In this document: piece after piece, positions 63,953 through 64,000 of the stretch
Position numbering within the stretch: position 1 is the stretch's first letter
Layout of the letters: every line of letters starts with the position of its first letter
Source: Prorocentrum cordatum
Lineage: Eukaryota
Direction of reading: 5' to 3'
DNA length: 64,000 nucleotides
NCBI GenBank assembly: GCA_963575745.1
Contig: CAUYUJ010000248.1
Span: 496,001 to 560,000, forward strand
Position numbers and translations under genes: made by a program
Notes under the pieces: model-generated
The model's database searches: none
Told to the model about the DNA's origin: nothing
What the model saw: only the letters and a program-made list of their open reading frames with translations

Positions 63953-63974
63953 TCCGTAGCCATTTTGGCTCAAG
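63953..63974 (+). other. Perfect dinoflagellate spliced leader followed directly by ATG
   Basis: TCCGTAGCCATTTTGGCTCAAG (22/22), then ATGCCT. Confidence 0.97.
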
Positions 63975-64000
63975 ATGCCTGGTTCCCTTGGGGCCAAAAC

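Noticed and set aside
63953..63974. SL RNA gene
   Set aside because: An SL RNA gene needs a GT donor right after the 22-mer. Here ATG follows, and CCCC follows at 15227. Only the decayed 16672 copy has GT, with no other support.

Overview
Repeat-rich eukaryotic nuclear DNA, almost certainly from a peridinin-type dinoflagellate. It contains perfect and decayed copies of the 22-nt dinoflagellate spliced leader (SL, DCCGTAGCCATTTTGGCTCAAG), LHC polyprotein relics, GC-AG introns and long CA/TAC/GGA microsatellites. Main find: an ~11.8-kb DNA transposon (34561-46358; imperfect TIRs CTGAGAT...ATCTCAG, TA duplication). It carries an intact CMC/EnSpm-type transposase and three co-oriented genes, one a multi-exon ParB-like/SET-like protein with a palindromic intron. 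The element is nested in a hairpin element, which is itself nested in a MITE. Second find: a decayed pogo-type (DD35D) transposase gene (17680-23339) apparently fused to a Ulp1/C48-like protease, with hairpin introns and a TAC-microsatellite intron. Also present: an SL-bearing LHC retrocopy with tandem relict SLs, two MITE families (one with 8-bp TSDs), several satellites (one with a 4-monomer higher-order repeat) and a long frameshifted ORF chain at 1.4-7 kb. Most ORFs in the supplied track are artefacts of simple repeats. All domain calls come from motifs recognised by eye; no searches were run.
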